Both the position numbers and the translations under genes were made by a program. A model generated the notes under the pieces. That model had not been told where the DNA came from and did not search any database. It saw nothing but the letters and a program-made list of their open reading frames with translations. Shown here piece by piece: positions 61,736 to 64,000 of a stretch of DNA of 64,000 nt (positions are counted from its first letter, which is position 1; every line of letters begins with the position of its first letter). Source of the stretch: Desulfosudaceae bacterium (GTDB lineage: Bacteria; Desulfobacterota; Desulfobacteria; Desulfobacterales; Desulfosudaceae); contig CAXXDV010000003.1 of NCBI GenBank assembly GCA_963674745.2, positions 1,632,001 to 1,696,000 of the forward strand. Direction: 5' to 3'.

Positions 61736-62529
61736 TGCAGACCGCTGTCGTTGATATCGGATGGGTTCAACTCTGTTTCGGCCTCTTTTTCATATTGATT
61801 GCCGGCCTGGCGTCTTTTTTTCAGGCACTGGGCCTTGAACGCAAACTGCTGATCGGAACAGTCAGAACCTTTGCCCAGTTGTTCCTTATGGGATACATCT
61901 TAAAGTTCATTTTTGCTATTAATAACGCCTGGCTGGTGATATTGATTTTTGTATTCATGATATTCTTTGCGTCCCGGACGATATACAAAAGTGTGGATGA
62001 AAAACAGGTCTCCTTTTTCTTCCCCACTTTTTTATCCATGTTGATCAGCTTTTTTTTTGTGGCAATACTGGTAACGTCGGTCATTGTGGACGTGGCACCA
62101 TGGTGGAAACCCCAATACTTTATCCCCCTTGGCGGAATGGTAATCGGCAATTCCATGAACGCAATCGCTCTCGCTCTGGAACGGTTATTGAGTGGACTAC
62201 GGGCCAGGCGCCAGGAAGTTGAAATGATGCTCTGTCATGGCGCGGATTACAAAGAAGCCAGCCGCGAAATTCTAAGAGAGGCCATGAAAGCCGGCATGAT
62301 ACCGTCCATCAATTCCATGATGGCGGTAGGGATTGTTTTTATACCCGGCATGATGACGGGACAGATTATCGCCGGCGCGGACCCGATTACAGCCATTAAA
62401 TACCAGATTGTGGTCATGATAATGCTGGTCGGCTCGACAACCATCGCTACACTTTTAATCGTGCTCATCGTCCGCAGGCTCTGCTTCAGTTCCGGTCAGC
62501 AGCTGTTGCTTCGCCCGCAATACAAGTGA
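61735..62529 (+). CDS. fetB: Iron-export ABC permease (FetB/YbbM, UPF0014)
   Basis: R.FAQL.LMGYIL, YFIPLGGMVIGNSMN and GIVFIPGMMTGQIIAGADP..A.KYQI. Confidence 0.93.
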   Translation: MQTAVVDIGWVQLCFGLFFILIAGLASFFQALGLERKLLIGTVRTFAQLFLMGYILKFIFAINNAWLVILIFVFMIFFASRTIYKSVDEKQVSFFFPTFLSMLISFFFVAILVTSVIVDVAPWWKPQYFIPLGGMVIGNSMNAIALALERLLSGLRARRQEVEMMLCHGADYKEASREILREAMKAGMIPSINSMMAVGIVFIPGMMTGQIIAGADPITAIKYQIVVMIMLVGSTTIATLLIVLIVRRLCFSSGQQLLLRPQYK

Positions 62530-62662
62530 AGATAACTTCATGGGGGGGGATGTTTTTTGGTGGCCCGCGCCGGAGTGAACTTCCCTTTTGAATATTTGTA
62601 ACGCATCGTCTAAAATAAAACATTCGTTTTTTCGAGGTCATTGATGATTAAGGAGCCGATCC

Positions 62663-64000
62663 ATGACAAGCCGAAGAGAATTCTTAAAAATGCTGGGGTC
62701 TGGTACCGCCGGTCTTTATTTAACATCCATTGCCGCCGTTTCTGTTCTTTCCGGTTGCGACAGTTCGGACGGCGCGACCCTGTCAAACCTGATGAACTGG
62801 GATGACATCCGGAAAAATGAGTTTAAGCTGAACAAGTCAAACATTTACATGAACAATTCCACGCTCGGCCCGACCTTGAGGCTTGTTTCCGGAAAAATGG
62901 CTGCCATCCAGGAAATGTTTTCAGCCGGTATGCCCGTATGGGATTTTGTTCAGGACATTGTTTTCGCTATTTCGCCCATCCGGGACCGGTTTACAAATCT
63001 GGTCAACGCCCATACGGATGCAGGGGGACGCAGCTCATACGTGGGAATTGTGGAATCGGTTACCGACGGCATGTCACTGGTAGCGAACGGTATTACCTTT
63101 TCACCGGGTGACGGCATCCTGATCACCGACCACGAACATACTGGCGGCAAAACCATGTGGGAACTTCAACGGGACCGTTACGGAGCCGAGCTTTATGAAG
63201 TACCGCTGATTGTAGATAGCGAGCCCGAAGAAGAATGGGAAGAAGCGCTGGTGGCGCGGTTTGAAGACTACCTGACGAGCCATGACATAAAGGTCGTCAG
63301 CTTCAGTTACATTACCACTTCAACCGGTCATATCCTGCCCGTCAAACGCCTCTGCCGGCTGGCCCGGGATTACGGGGCCATTTCCGTGGTTGACGCCGCC
63401 CAGGCGTTTGCGGTGGTACCGATTGACGTGACGGATGTCGGTTGTGACTTTCTGGTTGTCAACGGCCACAAATACCTCTGCGGCCCGCCCGGTTCAGGCT
63501 TTATCTGCATCCATCCGGGCATGCTGGAAACACCCGGCAGTTTCTGGCCGACCATCGTGGACGAAAATTACTATAATCCCGGGAACCCGGCCCGTTCCAA
63601 CCCCATTCGCAAAGGCGGCATGAAACCGTTTACCAATATCCTGCCCCTGGCCGAAACACTTGAGTTTTATCGCTGGCTCGGACCGCAAACCGTGTATGAA
63701 CGCCTTCTCAGTATCGGCCGATGGCTGCGAACGGGACTGTCCAGGTACCCTGAGGCAATAGAAGTCATTACACCGTCTGCCGAAGGGCTGAGCTGCAGTA
63801 TGACATGCTTTCGAATTAAGGGAATGGACTCTGAAAGGGTTGCCGACACCTTATTCACCGATTATAATATTATCACCAAACATGCCACTGAAGGGGATGC
63901 TGACGCTGTTCGGCTCTCTCCTCACTATTATATAAAGAAAGAAGAACTAAACCGGACCGCCCGGGCAATCTGCAGCATCGCCGGCGTGGATTCAAATGCC
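62663..64000 (+). CDS. Class V PLP-dependent enzyme (isopenicillin-N epimerase/cysteine desulfurase-like) with Tat + lipoprotein signal; runs off the right edge
   Basis: Not in the ORF track because it has no stop inside the window. SD AAGGAG; MTSRREFLK..VLSGC; YMNNSTLGP, TDHEH, TG.ILP, VDAAQA, NGHKYLCGPPGSG and VRLSPHYY. Confidence 0.9.
   Translation, partial: MTSRREFLKMLGSGTAGLYLTSIAAVSVLSGCDSSDGATLSNLMNWDDIRKNEFKLNKSNIYMNNSTLGPTLRLVSGKMAAIQEMFSAGMPVWDFVQDIVFAISPIRDRFTNLVNAHTDAGGRSSYVGIVESVTDGMSLVANGITFSPGDGILITDHEHTGGKTMWELQRDRYGAELYEVPLIVDSEPEEEWEEALVARFEDYLTSHDIKVVSFSYITTSTGHILPVKRLCRLARDYGAISVVDAAQAFAVVPIDVTDVGCDFLVVNGHKYLCGPPGSGFICIHPGMLETPGSFWPTIVDENYYNPGNPARSNPIRKGGMKPFTNILPLAETLEFYRWLGPQTVYERLLSIGRWLRTGLSRYPEAIEVITPSAEGLSCSMTCFRIKGMDSERVADTLFTDYNIITKHATEGDADAVRLSPHYYIKKEELNRTARAICSIAGVDSNA

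Noticed and set aside
62558..62580. Minus-strand GTTCACTCCGGCGCGGGCCACCA, resembling a tRNA 3' end or att remnant
   Set aside because: The T-loop is one base short, the 5' T-stem does not pair, the rest of a cloverleaf is missing, and no integrase is in the window.

Overview
This is a 64-kb gene-dense chromosomal segment from an anaerobic Gram-negative bacterium, probably Desulfobacterota-like (inferred from the sahR-ahcY pair, an AOR-family enzyme, an HcpR-like Crp/Fnr regulator and many PAS/sigma54/c-di-GMP signalling genes). It holds about 50 mostly unlinked metabolic, signalling and secreted-protein genes. Both ends cut a gene: an aldehyde:ferredoxin oxidoreductase on the left and a Tat-lipoprotein class V PLP enzyme on the right. 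I saw no rRNA, intact tRNA, CRISPR array, transposase, integrase or reverse transcriptase. The main observations are: (i) a 750-aa protein that reads as HTH-like + degenerate class III nucleotidyl-cyclase fold + TPR, preceded by two tandem TGAAA-N10-TTTCA boxes and followed by an orphan BMP lipoprotein; (ii) an acetylene-hydratase-like Mo/W enzyme with Ser at the usual Cys ligand position, closely followed by a GNAT gene; (iii) a 40-aa-repeat coiled-coil gene broken at an in-frame A_AAA_AAG slippery site; (iv) a sigma54-preceded exported protein with 8 MopE-like repeats and an FGE/CLec C-terminus; (v) a perfect 45-bp nested palindrome before a TetR/4Fe-4S operon; (vi) an FNR-box-linked cupin/hemerythrin/thioesterase + FetAB module; (vii) two MITE-like elements and two pseudogene remnants. 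All family assignments come from motif recognition by eye; no searches were run.
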